Virus record (IMG/VR): IMGVR_UViG_3300048008_000449
Span: 1 to 64,000 of that record
Length of the DNA stretch: 64,000 nt
Reading direction: 5' to 3' (one strand)
Shown: positions 45,113 through 54,408 of the stretch, in pieces
Layout: each line of letters opens with the position of its first letter
How positions within the stretch are numbered: the first letter of the stretch is position 1
Program-made: the position numbers and the translations under genes
The notes under the pieces: generated by a model
Told to the model about the DNA's origin: nothing
The model's input: only the letters and a program-made list of their open reading frames with translations
Database searches by the model: none

Positions 45113-45800
45113 CGTAATTTTTATAACTGGTGCACCTGGTAGTAAATGGAGTGCGGTTAGTTGGGTGTTAAGTGAATCACCATTTCTTAATGTAAGTATT
45201 ACAGATAGAACAGAAGAAAGATTAATGGTACACGATGCCATCTATGGTGGAGTAAGACACACGGGTGTTTACTTTGGACCAGGAAATGAACTTGGAAAGC
45301 AATTTCATAAAATTAATACACTTACAAGACAAGAAGTTTTTGATGAAATTAAACAAGCATGGGCAGAATGGGATGAAGAAAAAACTTACATTGTACGTTG
45401 TCATCAATTCATTTATAATTGGGATTGGATGATTGAAAACTTTCCAGAAGCAAAGTTTGTTACTGTATCCAGGCCTCCTGAAATGTGTGTACAAGGTTGG
45501 ACTAGTGTAGGTGGAATTGATACTCCATATCCACATTATAAAGAGTTTTACAAAACACAAGAAAATGCAATAGAACAAATTAAACTAGAATCAAGATTAG
45601 CACATAAAGCATTTCATGATCATCACATGGATGTTCATGTTGCAAGTCCTGGTCATTTCTTTAAAGAATTTTTATTAGATCCAGAACCAGAAACTGGACT
45701 AGATAGATATATTAAACATTTAGAAGGATATAATTGGGGTGCTAAAGATCCGCTTATGCAGTTAAAACATGACGTGTTGATCGGCTACCTAAATTTCTAA
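45096..45800 (+). CDS. Hypothetical protein, sulfotransferase/P-loop-like N-terminus
   Basis: IFITGAPGSKWSAV; later AKFVTVSRPP; weak. Confidence 0.45.
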   Translation: MIDFSNVIFITGAPGSKWSAVSWVLSESPFLNVSITDRTEERLMVHDAIYGGVRHTGVYFGPGNELGKQFHKINTLTRQEVFDEIKQAWAEWDEEKTYIVRCHQFIYNWDWMIENFPEAKFVTVSRPPEMCVQGWTSVGGIDTPYPHYKEFYKTQENAIEQIKLESRLAHKAFHDHHMDVHVASPGHFFKEFLLDPEPETGLDRYIKHLEGYNWGAKDPLMQLKHDVLIGYLNF

Positions 45801-46602
45801 TAACATCAACAACTTTATCTTTTTCAAAGTTAAATTGACACGATCCAATTTGGATATGATCATTTCTTAAATCTTCCCAAGCATCAATAACATAACTTCT
45901 CCAAGAAGACTTGTGGTCTAAAAATTCATCACCTTCACTGAATCTCATAAATTTCCAATCAGTATCTGTATTGATATGTTTCCATTGCCATTCGTGATCG
46001 TAATGATGTGTTCTTATACAATCATTTTCAGTTTTTGGAAACGCTGAATATGTTTCTATTCCTAGTTTAATTGGAACACCTGTACTCCACATTTGAAACT
46101 CTTTATATGCTTCGTACTTGGTTGTTATTTTAAAACATTCACCTGGTGGAATAAATGCAGGTTCATCGAAATGAGTATATATACATTTAATACTTTCAAA
46201 TCCACATAACCATAATGCAATAAGTCTTCCACTACCTGGATGTACTCTATATCTATTAAACCAAGGTTCGTGTATAATTTGTGGATAGAATCTTAATTCT
46301 TCGTATTGTATACATTCAGTAAGATAAAATATTTTACTAACATCTTCCATAACATCTCTATCTTGCATATCATTATTTGTTACTTCGGATTCGTGGAATT
46401 CTAAGATTTGTTCAAATGGTAAACTTCTAAAATATTCTAACATCCTAACAATTTCGTACATAGGGTTATGTAGTATATCCCAATTGACGTAACTAGACGC
46501 AAGATAACCGCCCTTACGCTCGTGATCGTTTATCCAATGTTGTAACATATAGTCTTGTGCAAGATCTTTTAAACCTGGGTAATATCGTGGGTCTACTGGC
46601 AT
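45754..46602 (-). CDS. Hypothetical protein
   Basis: Long ORF with a VHPGSGR motif; start set at ATG 46602. Confidence 0.65.
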   Translation of the reverse strand: MPVDPRYYPGLKDLAQDYMLQHWINDHERKGGYLASSYVNWDILHNPMYEIVRMLEYFRSLPFEQILEFHESEVTNNDMQDRDVMEDVSKIFYLTECIQYEELRFYPQIIHEPWFNRYRVHPGSGRLIALWLCGFESIKCIYTHFDEPAFIPPGECFKITTKYEAYKEFQMWSTGVPIKLGIETYSAFPKTENDCIRTHHYDHEWQWKHINTDTDWKFMRFSEGDEFLDHKSSWRSYVIDAWEDLRNDHIQIGSCQFNFEKDKVVDVIRNLGSRSTRHVLTA

Positions 46603-47300
46603 AGTATACCAGCCATATTGGTATGCCATTCTTCACCAGGATGATCATCATCTCTAGCTTTAGAGAATTCTTCTTTTGATAATGTGTTTATTGTACATTG
46701 ATGTAATTCTATATTATTAGCTTTACAAAAATATTCTACTAACTGTTTGTTCTTTTGATAATTATATTCGTCTGCTTTATCATTCATTAATGTTGCATAC
46801 GAACTTATCCACGTTGGTGATTTTAATTCTTGTCTAATTGCTTGTTTTGATAAATTTTTAAACTTATGAAGACCGCCGTCATCTTCTATATGTTCTCGTC
46901 TTTCTTTAAAAGTCCACATCACATATATATGTTTTGGATTAAATGTTTTACAATAAGAAATAGCTAGCCTTGCTATTTTATCATTACTAGCACCATTCTG
47001 TCCAAGATTTGTTACGTCTATTAACTGAGGCCAGCAAGTGTTTACTCCATAACCAAATGTATAACTACAACCAAATGCCGCATCAACGTTTTCATCAGGA
47101 ACTATTTCACCTCTATAACGCCAATCATTAATATAATATTCAACACTATCTTCAGTATAGCCATTGGCTATTCCTTGTTCTTTTTCTCCGTCATCTAACC
47201 AATTTCTTTTACCAGGATTATCATGGCCTAGTGTAAAAACACTAAACCATTTGTCTGTAAGATATCGAGATTCTTGAAACTGTTCTGGAAGTCTTTTCAA
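46593..47300 (-). CDS. SGNH-hydrolase-like protein
   Basis: AFGCSYTFG, NLGQNGASND.I, DDDHPG..WH. Confidence 0.7.
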   Translation of the reverse strand: MKRLPEQFQESRYLTDKWFSVFTLGHDNPGKRNWLDDGEKEQGIANGYTEDSVEYYINDWRYRGEIVPDENVDAAFGCSYTFGYGVNTCWPQLIDVTNLGQNGASNDKIARLAISYCKTFNPKHIYVMWTFKERREHIEDDGGLHKFKNLSKQAIRQELKSPTWISSYATLMNDKADEYNYQKNKQLVEYFCKANNIELHQCTINTLSKEEFSKARDDDHPGEEWHTNMAGILCQ

Positions 47301-47963
47301 TTATTGTCCCCAACGATAGAATATATGAGTACCTACTTGTGTAATCCTTGCCATACCTCTATCATTAATCCAATTTGGTTTTACATAATCTGCATGATAA
47401 TGTGTTGCACCTTCAGTAATGTCTACTGTAAATGTTTGGTCACCATATACACCAGTACTTATGTCAAGTACTAACTTAGCAATATCTGTAGCAAGATAAA
47501 CTGCTTCTTCGTTGTACATTATATCAGCTTTACCATCACAGTACCAACTGAATTGACATTTGTTTTTGATAGGAAAATATACTGCATCATTTTCATCTGG
47601 AGTCTGCTTAGTTTTCCAACTTTCTTTAACAGGTCCTTGATGTACTACACCACAAACTGTATCTGGATAACGTGGATCTGAAACACGATTCATAACAACC
47701 ATTGTAGTTGCATACATTCCTGCATAACCATCGTTACGTGCTTCAAAATACATATTTTCAACTAGACATTGTAAATCGTATTTGTCATATGGACCTTCAA
47801 GGAAAGTATCCATTAAGTATGCATCCGAGTCAAGTACTTCGTATTCTGGAAGTACACCTGTTGTATCAGCTTTAGCTGGCCATATACCAGTTGCAAAAAA
47901 GCCTATTGACATAACAACTGCTACGTTCATAAAAGTTCCGATAATGTTAGCTAGTACTCTCAT
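47301..47963 (-). CDS. Cell wall hydrolase (SleB / Hydrolase_2 family) with N-terminal anchor
   Basis: CL..N.YFEAR, VVMNRV...YP.TVCGVV.Q, CQFSWYCDG, GATHYHA.YV.P.W, G.HIFYR. Confidence 0.92.
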   Translation of the reverse strand: MRVLANIIGTFMNVAVVMSIGFFATGIWPAKADTTGVLPEYEVLDSDAYLMDTFLEGPYDKYDLQCLVENMYFEARNDGYAGMYATTMVVMNRVSDPRYPDTVCGVVHQGPVKESWKTKQTPDENDAVYFPIKNKCQFSWYCDGKADIMYNEEAVYLATDIAKLVLDISTGVYGDQTFTVDITEGATHYHADYVKPNWINDRGMARITQVGTHIFYRWGQ

Positions 47964-47997
47964 ATTTCTGCCTCTTTCTTTGTTAATTTATACACAT

Positions 47998-48026
47998 ATT
48001 ATAGCAAGATATCTTGGTGTTGTCAA
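47998..48026 (-). promoter_or_regulatory. Consensus sigma70 promoter TTGACA-17-TATAAT with a perfect CAAGATATCTTG palindrome in the spacer
   Basis: -35 at 48021-48026, -10 at 47998-48003, palindrome at 48005-48016. Confidence 0.85.
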
Positions 48027-48029
48027 CCT

Positions 48030-48203
48030 TTATTCTTCTATTTCTGGTTTTTCTAGGCATACAAATACGTTGGAAGTATTGGACTTTTCACTAGAGACAA
48101 CTAAACTTGCAACTTGACATGATTTTTCATCAGCAAATTGACCTATTTCGATTACTTTATAACTGCCTTGGGCTGTAAGCATTACCAACACCAGAAACCA
48201 CAT
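48030..48203 (-). CDS. 57-aa putative secreted/membrane small protein (absent from ORF track)
   Basis: MWFLVLVMLTAQG..F...SC........VC; overlaps the upstream stop. Confidence 0.6.
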   Translation of the reverse strand: MWFLVLVMLTAQGSYKVIEIGQFADEKSCQVASLVVSSEKSNTSNVFVCLEKPEIEE

Positions 48204-48679
48204 TAGATGTATTCCTTTTTGTTATCTGTAACTTTCATTACACATTTACCTTTAGTAAGATTATCAATATTACCAACAAACTTACCAACTAGGTGTTCAT
48301 ATTTAGTTCCTTTTTGAAACCCACCAACAATGTAGCCTCGTTTCATATACCAGTCTCCTGATTTACCTTTACGAATAACATTATCTAAATACAATGTATC
48401 TTGTCCTTCAGGATCATATCTTTTTTGATCCTTAACATACTCTGATTCATAATCATCTTCAACTGCGGTAACATCAAATATTGTTTCTTCAAACATTTCA
48501 TTTGTAACAGTAATAAGATCAGCAACTTCGTATGCAACATCAATATGCTCACCGGGTGCTTCTACAATATATCTTGAACCACTTTTGTTTTTCCAATATG
48601 GGCTATCTACACCATGCTTATAATCATCATCGTGTGCGGCATAGTTTTCTCTAACTTGAGTTTCAATTAAGTATTTCAT
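48203..48679 (-). CDS. Hypothetical phage protein
   Basis: Start MKYLIETQVRENY at 48679 after AAGGAG. Confidence 0.7.
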   Translation of the reverse strand: MKYLIETQVRENYAAHDDDYKHGVDSPYWKNKSGSRYIVEAPGEHIDVAYEVADLITVTNEMFEETIFDVTAVEDDYESEYVKDQKRYDPEGQDTLYLDNVIRKGKSGDWYMKRGYIVGGFQKGTKYEHLVGKFVGNIDNLTKGKCVMKVTDNKKEYI

Positions 48680-49026
48680 TATACAGTCTCCTTTACTGTT
48701 AAAGTTATGTTTTGTTCTGCACATGCATCATAAATCTTCTGTTCCATAATAGGAGCAATTACACGTTCAATTTGATCAAAATCACCTGGGTGGTGATAAT
48801 CACCTTGACTAAAAGGTAACATTAAATCATGTTTTTGTAAACCCATGCATTTTAAACTTTTACCTTTGTTTCCTAAACCATTATTAAAGATATCATGTAC
48901 AACGTTTTGTGCTTTACGAAACTGATCTAGTTTACGATTCTTAACAGGATTAACACAAGGACCATCTAATGGAATTAACTCATTAAGTGCATCTACTGCT
49001 GGTTCTAAATTTTTACATACCCACAT
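48679..49026 (-). CDS. Hypothetical phage protein
   Basis: Start MWVC at 49026 after AGGAG. Confidence 0.7.
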   Translation of the reverse strand: MWVCKNLEPAVDALNELIPLDGPCVNPVKNRKLDQFRKAQNVVHDIFNNGLGNKGKSLKCMGLQKHDLMLPFSQGDYHHPGDFDQIERVIAPIMEQKIYDACAEQNITLTVKETV

Positions 49027-49059
49027 ATTATATCTCCTAATTTCTAACTTTATATATAC

Positions 49060-49088
49060 AGTATACAGTAAGATATCTTGCTTGTCAA
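49060..49088 (-). promoter_or_regulatory. sigma70 promoter TTGACA-17-TATACT with AAGATATCTT palindrome in the spacer
   Basis: -35 at 49083-49088, -10 at 49060-49065, palindrome at 49070-49079. Confidence 0.8.
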
Positions 49089-49111
49089 CCAGATAAAACA
49101 AAAAAAGTCAT

Positions 49112-49140
49112 AAAAAAACCCTTATAAAACAAGGGTTTTT
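49112..49140 (-). terminator. Terminator-like hairpin, near copy of the 25462-25487 hairpin
   Basis: AAAAACCCTT..AAGGGTTTTT inverted repeat with a T-run on the minus strand. Confidence 0.65.
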
Positions 49141-49157
49141 AAATTAATTTAATTTTT

Positions 49158-50117
49158 TTATAGTCCGTTTGGAACAATAATGTAATGAATTGATAAAACT
49201 ACACCCACAGATGCACCTAGTCCAATCATCATTTTAAAGAAGTCTTTTGTTACCAATGGGAATACACTTTTAAACTTTTCCTTGCCTGTTATAGTTGCCA
49301 TAGCAAGTTCACGTCCACATAGTAGTCCTACAAATACCCATGTTGTTGACATTGGAATATCATTTAGTTCTTTAAAGAAGAACAAGATTAACCAATATAC
49401 ACCATCAATAATTGTGGCACTTCTTACATAACGAGTGTTATGTTTTTCAATTACTATATTTTGTATTTTACCTCCACCTTCACGGAACATAAATGCAAGT
49501 CCTACAACAAAGACAATGCTCACTAGAATCATTAGATCCCATGGAACTTGTCTTGGAAGGAATACTGCAATGTTAGCCATGTCATGACTTAGCCAAGTAA
49601 ACCACAGGAAGCCTGTTGTTACCCATTGTGCTATTCGCCATGCTTTTTTATGTTCTTCTTTAACAGGCTTTGCTTCGTCTAGTAGTTTAGTAACTCCTAT
49701 CCAAATAACGTATGCCGCAACTGCCGCAACTGCATAACCCATCATGCTTTTCATAAGCATCTTCTCTAGTACAAAGGTACTTGCAAAAGCACTTAATACT
49801 AGAAAACTAGTACTAACTGGTACTCCTATACGTGTAAGTATTAATAGTAATCCTGGCGCCATAGCATGGTACCATTGTATCTCTTGAAATGGAATTTTGT
49901 TTAATCGTCCGTAACTAATATCTCCGCCATTAGTGTACCAACCATACCATAATGTATAAAGGAGAACTGCTGACGCCGCTCCCCACATTACTTTCCAATT
50001 GAATTTTTCGTTGTTTGATGCAATCCAAGTACCAAGAGTTTGTACTGAATCATTTGCAATTACTGAATAGCCGGCAAATAGAAATCCTATTGCCATCCAT
50101 AGTGTGAGTGCGTCCAT
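49158..50117 (-). CDS. Multi-pass membrane transporter, PiT/phosphate-sulfate permease-like
   Basis: Internal repeat signatures ANDSVQTLGTWIASN and SHDMANIAVFLP; PVSTS/PMSTT motifs; many TM helices. Confidence 0.6.
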   Translation of the reverse strand: MDALTLWMAIGFLFAGYSVIANDSVQTLGTWIASNNEKFNWKVMWGAASAVLLYTLWYGWYTNGGDISYGRLNKIPFQEIQWYHAMAPGLLLILTRIGVPVSTSFLVLSAFASTFVLEKMLMKSMMGYAVAAVAAYVIWIGVTKLLDEAKPVKEEHKKAWRIAQWVTTGFLWFTWLSHDMANIAVFLPRQVPWDLMILVSIVFVVGLAFMFREGGGKIQNIVIEKHNTRYVRSATIIDGVYWLILFFFKELNDIPMSTTWVFVGLLCGRELAMATITGKEKFKSVFPLVTKDFFKMMIGLGASVGVVLSIHYIIVPNGL

Positions 50118-50133
50118 AATTTTCTCCTTTATT

Positions 50134-50193
50134 GCTTGACAGCTTTACCCTGTCGCTCACAATGTTAGTTTAATTACTAACAAAATTATTTAT
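50134..50193 (-). promoter_or_regulatory. Structured leader of the permease gene: ATAAATA motif plus two hairpins before the RBS
   Basis: TGTTAGT/ACTAACA stem (50163-50182) and GACAG-7nt-CTGTC stem (50138-50154), directly upstream of AAAGGAG. Confidence 0.45.
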
Positions 50194-50489
50194 TAACCCC
50201 AGTCTTTGAAGTTACCATCGTCCTCGTTATCGTCGTAACCTTGTAAATATTCATAAATTTCTTGTGCTGTCATATTAGCTTCTTCAACTTTATCTGAGTT
50301 ATGAGTATCCTCAGTATAATAATGAGGACGTTTCCCACGCCGATAATAACTGTCAGCACTTCCTCTGTCGTATGGCCCACCATGCCGTTGACATGGTGTA
50401 ACTATTTTCTCAACTAATACGTCTATATCATGTCCTAGTTGTTGCATTGTATATCCCATGAATCTAAATTTGATGATTCCATTAAACAC
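50193..50489 (-). CDS. Hypothetical phage protein
   Basis: RHGGPYDRGSADSYY motif; start uncertain. Confidence 0.65.
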   Translation of the reverse strand: MFNGIIKFRFMGYTMQQLGHDIDVLVEKIVTPCQRHGGPYDRGSADSYYRRGKRPHYYTEDTHNSDKVEEANMTAQEIYEYLQGYDDNEDDGNFKDWG

Positions 50490-51004
50490 ATCTCTTCAAA
50501 ACTATCACATTCAAATTCCCACCATTTAAGAGTTTTGTTTGGAATACCTGTAAAATTAGGTTCGCCAATATGACAAGTTTTTTGTTCAATAACAATTGAA
50601 ATTGCTGAACGTAAATGATTGAATGCCCAATTTGGTATATAAAAGTAATGAAACTTTTTAAGTAATTTATTATATGCAATTACTCTAAGGTCTCCAGTTT
50701 TTGTATTAACATTTCGAACTTCAAAACTGTTCATCCATTGACCTTTTGCTTTGTTATTATTTCGAGCACTACTGGTTACAGTTTTAGCATCAGACCCATC
50801 GCAAAAGTCACGCCCATGAGTACTATCTCCTTTAAAGTTTCCTATTGTTGCCATAGCTATTTCTGCAATAGTTTCACGTTGCATAATACCCATTTTTGTA
50901 AATTCAATCAGATGTTTCTCTTGTGCTTTTTTTAAATTCATATATGGAAGCAATTCTTTTACAAACAGAATGTCGTATTGAATTGCATTGTCGGTAGTAG
51001 CCAT
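50435..51004 (-). CDS. Hypothetical protein, possible PD-(D/E)xK nuclease
   Basis: GRDFCDGSDAK could be a nuclease motif; weak. Confidence 0.35.
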   Translation of the reverse strand: MATTDNAIQYDILFVKELLPYMNLKKAQEKHLIEFTKMGIMQRETIAEIAMATIGNFKGDSTHGRDFCDGSDAKTVTSSARNNNKAKGQWMNSFEVRNVNTKTGDLRVIAYNKLLKKFHYFYIPNWAFNHLRSAISIVIEQKTCHIGEPNFTGIPNKTLKWWEFECDSFEEMCLMESSNLDSWDIQCNN

Positions 51005-51039
51005 TTAATATCTCCTCTAATTATTTAGCCTACCCTTTT

Positions 51040-51069
51040 AGTGTAACACTAAGAAGTCTTACCTGTCAA
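51040..51069 (-). promoter_or_regulatory. sigma70-like promoter TTGACA-18-TACACT with TAAGA-NN-TCTTA palindrome in the spacer
   Basis: -35 at 51064-51069, palindrome at 51050-51061. Confidence 0.65.
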
Positions 51070-51077
51070 CCTTTTAA

Positions 51078-51647
51078 TTATAGATTTTTGTAAAATGATT
51101 TTTTATATAAACATGCTATTATATCTTGTAATAGTCTAACGTATTTAGGTCCTTGCTCGCTCCAAGATGCTAAGTATGGTACAAGATTAATTGGATCTGA
51201 TTGTTTTGATATTGTATTTTGAAATTCTAATTCATCTCTGAATTCTTGATATGCTGGGTGATTTTCTAATATAAAGAAATAATGTTCTATACTTTCACAC
51301 CAGTTATTATAACTTCTAACACCCCACGGTGCATCTGGTGCACCTTTTGCTTTTAGTTGAGGTTCGTTTGGATTCCAAGTTCTAACGCCAAACAATGCAT
51401 TGCCTTCTAAAGCAAATCTACTTTTACCCCACGCACTTTCATGTGCGGCTTGTGCTATTATTAGTTCTAGTGGAATTTGTTTTGATTTTGGATATGTTGA
51501 TTTATTGGCATATATTGATTCAACACAATGTTTAATCTTATACGCAAAGTCTTTATTAGTTATTTCTGCCGCATTTACTGTTTGTGTAAACAATAATGCT
51601 ATTGCTAATAATACTTTAATCACTAAGTATTTAACTTTTATGAACAT
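51078..51647 (-). CDS. Glucosaminidase-domain (Bax/FlgJ-like) peptidoglycan hydrolase with signal/anchor
   Basis: IIAQAAHESAWGKSRFA..GNALFG. Confidence 0.85.
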   Translation of the reverse strand: MFIKVKYLVIKVLLAIALLFTQTVNAAEITNKDFAYKIKHCVESIYANKSTYPKSKQIPLELIIAQAAHESAWGKSRFALEGNALFGVRTWNPNEPQLKAKGAPDAPWGVRSYNNWCESIEHYFFILENHPAYQEFRDELEFQNTISKQSDPINLVPYLASWSEQGPKYVRLLQDIIACLYKKSFYKNL

Positions 51648-51655
51648 ATAGTTAT

Positions 51656-51684
51656 ATTATACTATAAAATAGACAAGATGTCTA
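51656..51684 (-). promoter_or_regulatory. sigma70-like promoter TAGACA-17-TATAAT with a TAGACA-AGA-TGTCTA inverted repeat
   Basis: -35 at 51679-51684, -10 at 51656-51661. Confidence 0.65.
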
Positions 51685-51690
51685 TGGTCT

Positions 51691-51716
51691 AAAAACCCAG
51701 TAAATACTAGGCTTTT
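51691..51716 (-). terminator. Possible terminator after the DNA polymerase gene
   Basis: AAAAGCCTAGTA-TT-TACTGGGTTTTT imperfect hairpin with T-run at the polymerase stop. Confidence 0.45.
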
Positions 51717-54408
51717 ACCATTCAAACAAGTTAGTAAACGTAGTTTTAGCCGCGGCTTTGTCTAAACCCCAATCTAACACACCAAGTAAGTTTTCTAGCT
51801 TCTTAGTAACTACTACTTCTTCCATGTGATCATCATCAAACGGAAGATCTTTAAACCATTCAGGAAGCCTTGTTTCATCTGTAGGATATCCTACACTTGT
51901 AAAGCCCATTGGATTATCTTTTAATCTACAAACAATAGTTTTCATGCCATCTGTAATTTCTACTGCATAATTGTCACTGTTAATTTGTCTTAGCTTATTC
52001 CAATTCAATGCGGCTGTTACATGTCCAGGCATTGCTGGCTTTTTAACATCTTTAACACTTTTACCATTGTCATGTGCTCTTTTACGATCTTTATCATACT
52101 TTGCCATTTTACCACGATATGCTGTTAAATTATTAACACGTTTAGGACTACCTTTTTGCCAACTTGGCTTTTCACGATACTCTTTACGAAACTCAATAAT
52201 CTTCTCAAGTATATCTTGTTCTTCAGCATCTGTTAGTACTTCAAGCAATACATCTTTTAAAAAGTCTTGCATCCATGCTGGTGTATCACTACGTTTTAAG
52301 TCTAGTCCCATAGCTTTAATGTAACCAGCTTTACCGTCAACATCTTCACGTTTACCTTCATTATCAAACACTAGCATTGCATAACGTTTCTTTGTAATAA
52401 ACAATCCACTGCTTCCAACCATTTCTCTACCTGCGGCAATAATACTACCTAAATCTAATGTAGTATGAAATGTTCTGCTCATAAAACCAGGAAATGTTTT
52501 GTTTACTTCTTCGCAAATTGCATCATAGTAATCAATGATGTTATCCTTATCCCAATTAATTTCATTATTTTTAATCTGGTCTTTTAGTATGGGATATGAA
52601 CTAAAGTAAGTAGAATCTGTATCACCGTAAACAATTGCTTTGCCTTGATGATCATATTCGCCTGCAATAATTTTATTAAGTTCTGCGGCCATATGTTTTG
52701 CAATACAACGACCTGTTAGTGTTGTACTTTGTCCTAGCCTACTATCAAAAAATCTACTACCAGGATTAAGTAACGCACCATATAAACTGTTCAAGTTAAT
52801 CTTTTTAACCAACTGTCGCTTATCCCAATATGCAAACTTGTCGCCACCTTCTTCACGTGCATCACGTGCTTTGGCTTGTAGCTCTTTACGTTCAGCATAC
52901 CAACGTTCTAGCAAGCCAGGAATAATACCTTTTTTCTCGTATGTGAAGATTGTGCCATTTGCACTAATAATCCAAGGTTGTCCACTGTTAAACACAATTT
53001 CATATATCTCTGCGCCAGTGGCTTCAAAACTAGTTCCATCTTCAAAATCTAAATGTAATATTTCTTCAATGTCTTTGTTAATAACAAGTTCATATTCATG
53101 TGTTGCAAAACGACCTTCCCATGCTTCAGCAACTGTCTTTGCATTCTCAATCATTTCTTTTGTATATGTGTGTCGCACTTGCCCAATAATGGTTTCTGTA
53201 CTCATATTACAACTGCGAATAATACTAGGGTATAGACTGTTTAAGTCAATACTGCCGACCCACTTATGCAAACCTTTTTTAGGTGTAGCAACATAAGCAC
53301 CTGCCGCCTGTGTAGTGTCTTTGTCATAACGTTTATCAGGAACAATAAGTCCTTGTGAATGTGCTTCATTAATAATAGCTTGGTCTGTTTGTGCAACCGC
53401 ACCCATTGTTGTTTGTAGTAGTACAGTATTAGAATGTGCTAGTACGTTTGCTAAGTCAATAAACTGTAGCTTCTTATCTAGCTTTACAAGCAAGTCAACG
53501 TCTTGCCTAGAATATGCAATAAACTTTTCAAAGTCATTGTTATACAATTGATCCAATGTACCTTCATAATCTACTTTACGGTCACCTAGTTCATATTCAC
53601 CAATAGCATCCAAACTATAACTGTGCATCTCATGATATGTATACTTACGATACAACTGCATGTAATCCATGTGTACACGCCCAATAGTATCATATGTTTC
53701 CTGTGTTGCACCAAAACGTTCAAACTCACGTTGTTTAGGAAGTTTATCCCATAGACAAAAACGCCTTGTATGGCTTTTACTTAATACACGTGCTACACGA
53801 TTAACTAGATAAGGAATATCAAATCCCTCACTGTTCCATCCACTTAAAATATCTGCATCGTCAATAAGATCTAAAAATGCTTCAAGCATTTCACGTTCAG
53901 TTTTAAATAGCATAGTATTTTCAAACTTGTTAGTAACTTCTTCTGCTTGATCAAACGTCATAGTTTTAGGACCAATAGCAAGACAAATTGTTGCATTCAT
54001 CCAAGTATTGTGTAAACTAATTGCTGTTACTGCATTAAACGGATCTTCTGGTGGTGCAAATCCTGCTTCTTTGTTAAAGTCTGTCTCAATATCAAAGAAA
54101 CAAATATTTAGATCTGGCGTTGCACTAGGATCATAATTTTCAGCGAATGTTTTAAATATAACATTAACATCACTTTCATATAGACCTTTATGTCCGTTAA
54201 TCTTTTTTTCTGTGTTAAATTTTTTACTTGTGTTGCAAACAACACGTTCTAGTTTTTCACCAAAGATACTTGTGTATTTCCCACGTTGATCTTTATAATA
54301 GAATGTATACTTGGCGGGAATTTCTTTATATTCTCGCTTTCCGTTTATACGTTCTACAACGTGTACAATGTCTCTATCTCTGTCGTGAAATGCGTCTACG
54401 TAACTCAT
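51715..54408 (-). CDS. Family B DNA polymerase (phage replicative)
   Basis: FDIETD (ExoI), DLNSLYPS (A), KINLNSLYG (B), YGDTDS (C), KKRYA; no intein seen. Confidence 0.97.
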   Translation of the reverse strand: MSYVDAFHDRDRDIVHVVERINGKREYKEIPAKYTFYYKDQRGKYTSIFGEKLERVVCNTSKKFNTEKKINGHKGLYESDVNVIFKTFAENYDPSATPDLNICFFDIETDFNKEAGFAPPEDPFNAVTAISLHNTWMNATICLAIGPKTMTFDQAEEVTNKFENTMLFKTEREMLEAFLDLIDDADILSGWNSEGFDIPYLVNRVARVLSKSHTRRFCLWDKLPKQREFERFGATQETYDTIGRVHMDYMQLYRKYTYHEMHSYSLDAIGEYELGDRKVDYEGTLDQLYNNDFEKFIAYSRQDVDLLVKLDKKLQFIDLANVLAHSNTVLLQTTMGAVAQTDQAIINEAHSQGLIVPDKRYDKDTTQAAGAYVATPKKGLHKWVGSIDLNSLYPSIIRSCNMSTETIIGQVRHTYTKEMIENAKTVAEAWEGRFATHEYELVINKDIEEILHLDFEDGTSFEATGAEIYEIVFNSGQPWIISANGTIFTYEKKGIIPGLLERWYAERKELQAKARDAREEGGDKFAYWDKRQLVKKINLNSLYGALLNPGSRFFDSRLGQSTTLTGRCIAKHMAAELNKIIAGEYDHQGKAIVYGDTDSTYFSSYPILKDQIKNNEINWDKDNIIDYYDAICEEVNKTFPGFMSRTFHTTLDLGSIIAAGREMVGSSGLFITKKRYAMLVFDNEGKREDVDGKAGYIKAMGLDLKRSDTPAWMQDFLKDVLLEVLTDAEEQDILEKIIEFRKEYREKPSWQKGSPKRVNNLTAYRGKMAKYDKDRKRAHDNGKSVKDVKKPAMPGHVTAALNWNKLRQINSDNYAVEITDGMKTIVCRLKDNPMGFTSVGYPTDETRLPEWFKDLPFDDDHMEEVVVTKKLENLLGVLDWGLDKAAAKTTFTNLFEW

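Noticed and set aside
51715-54408. Intein or intron in the DNA polymerase
   Set aside because: 897 aa with normally spaced motifs A, B and C; no C/S..HN splice signatures or LAGLIDADG/HNH insert
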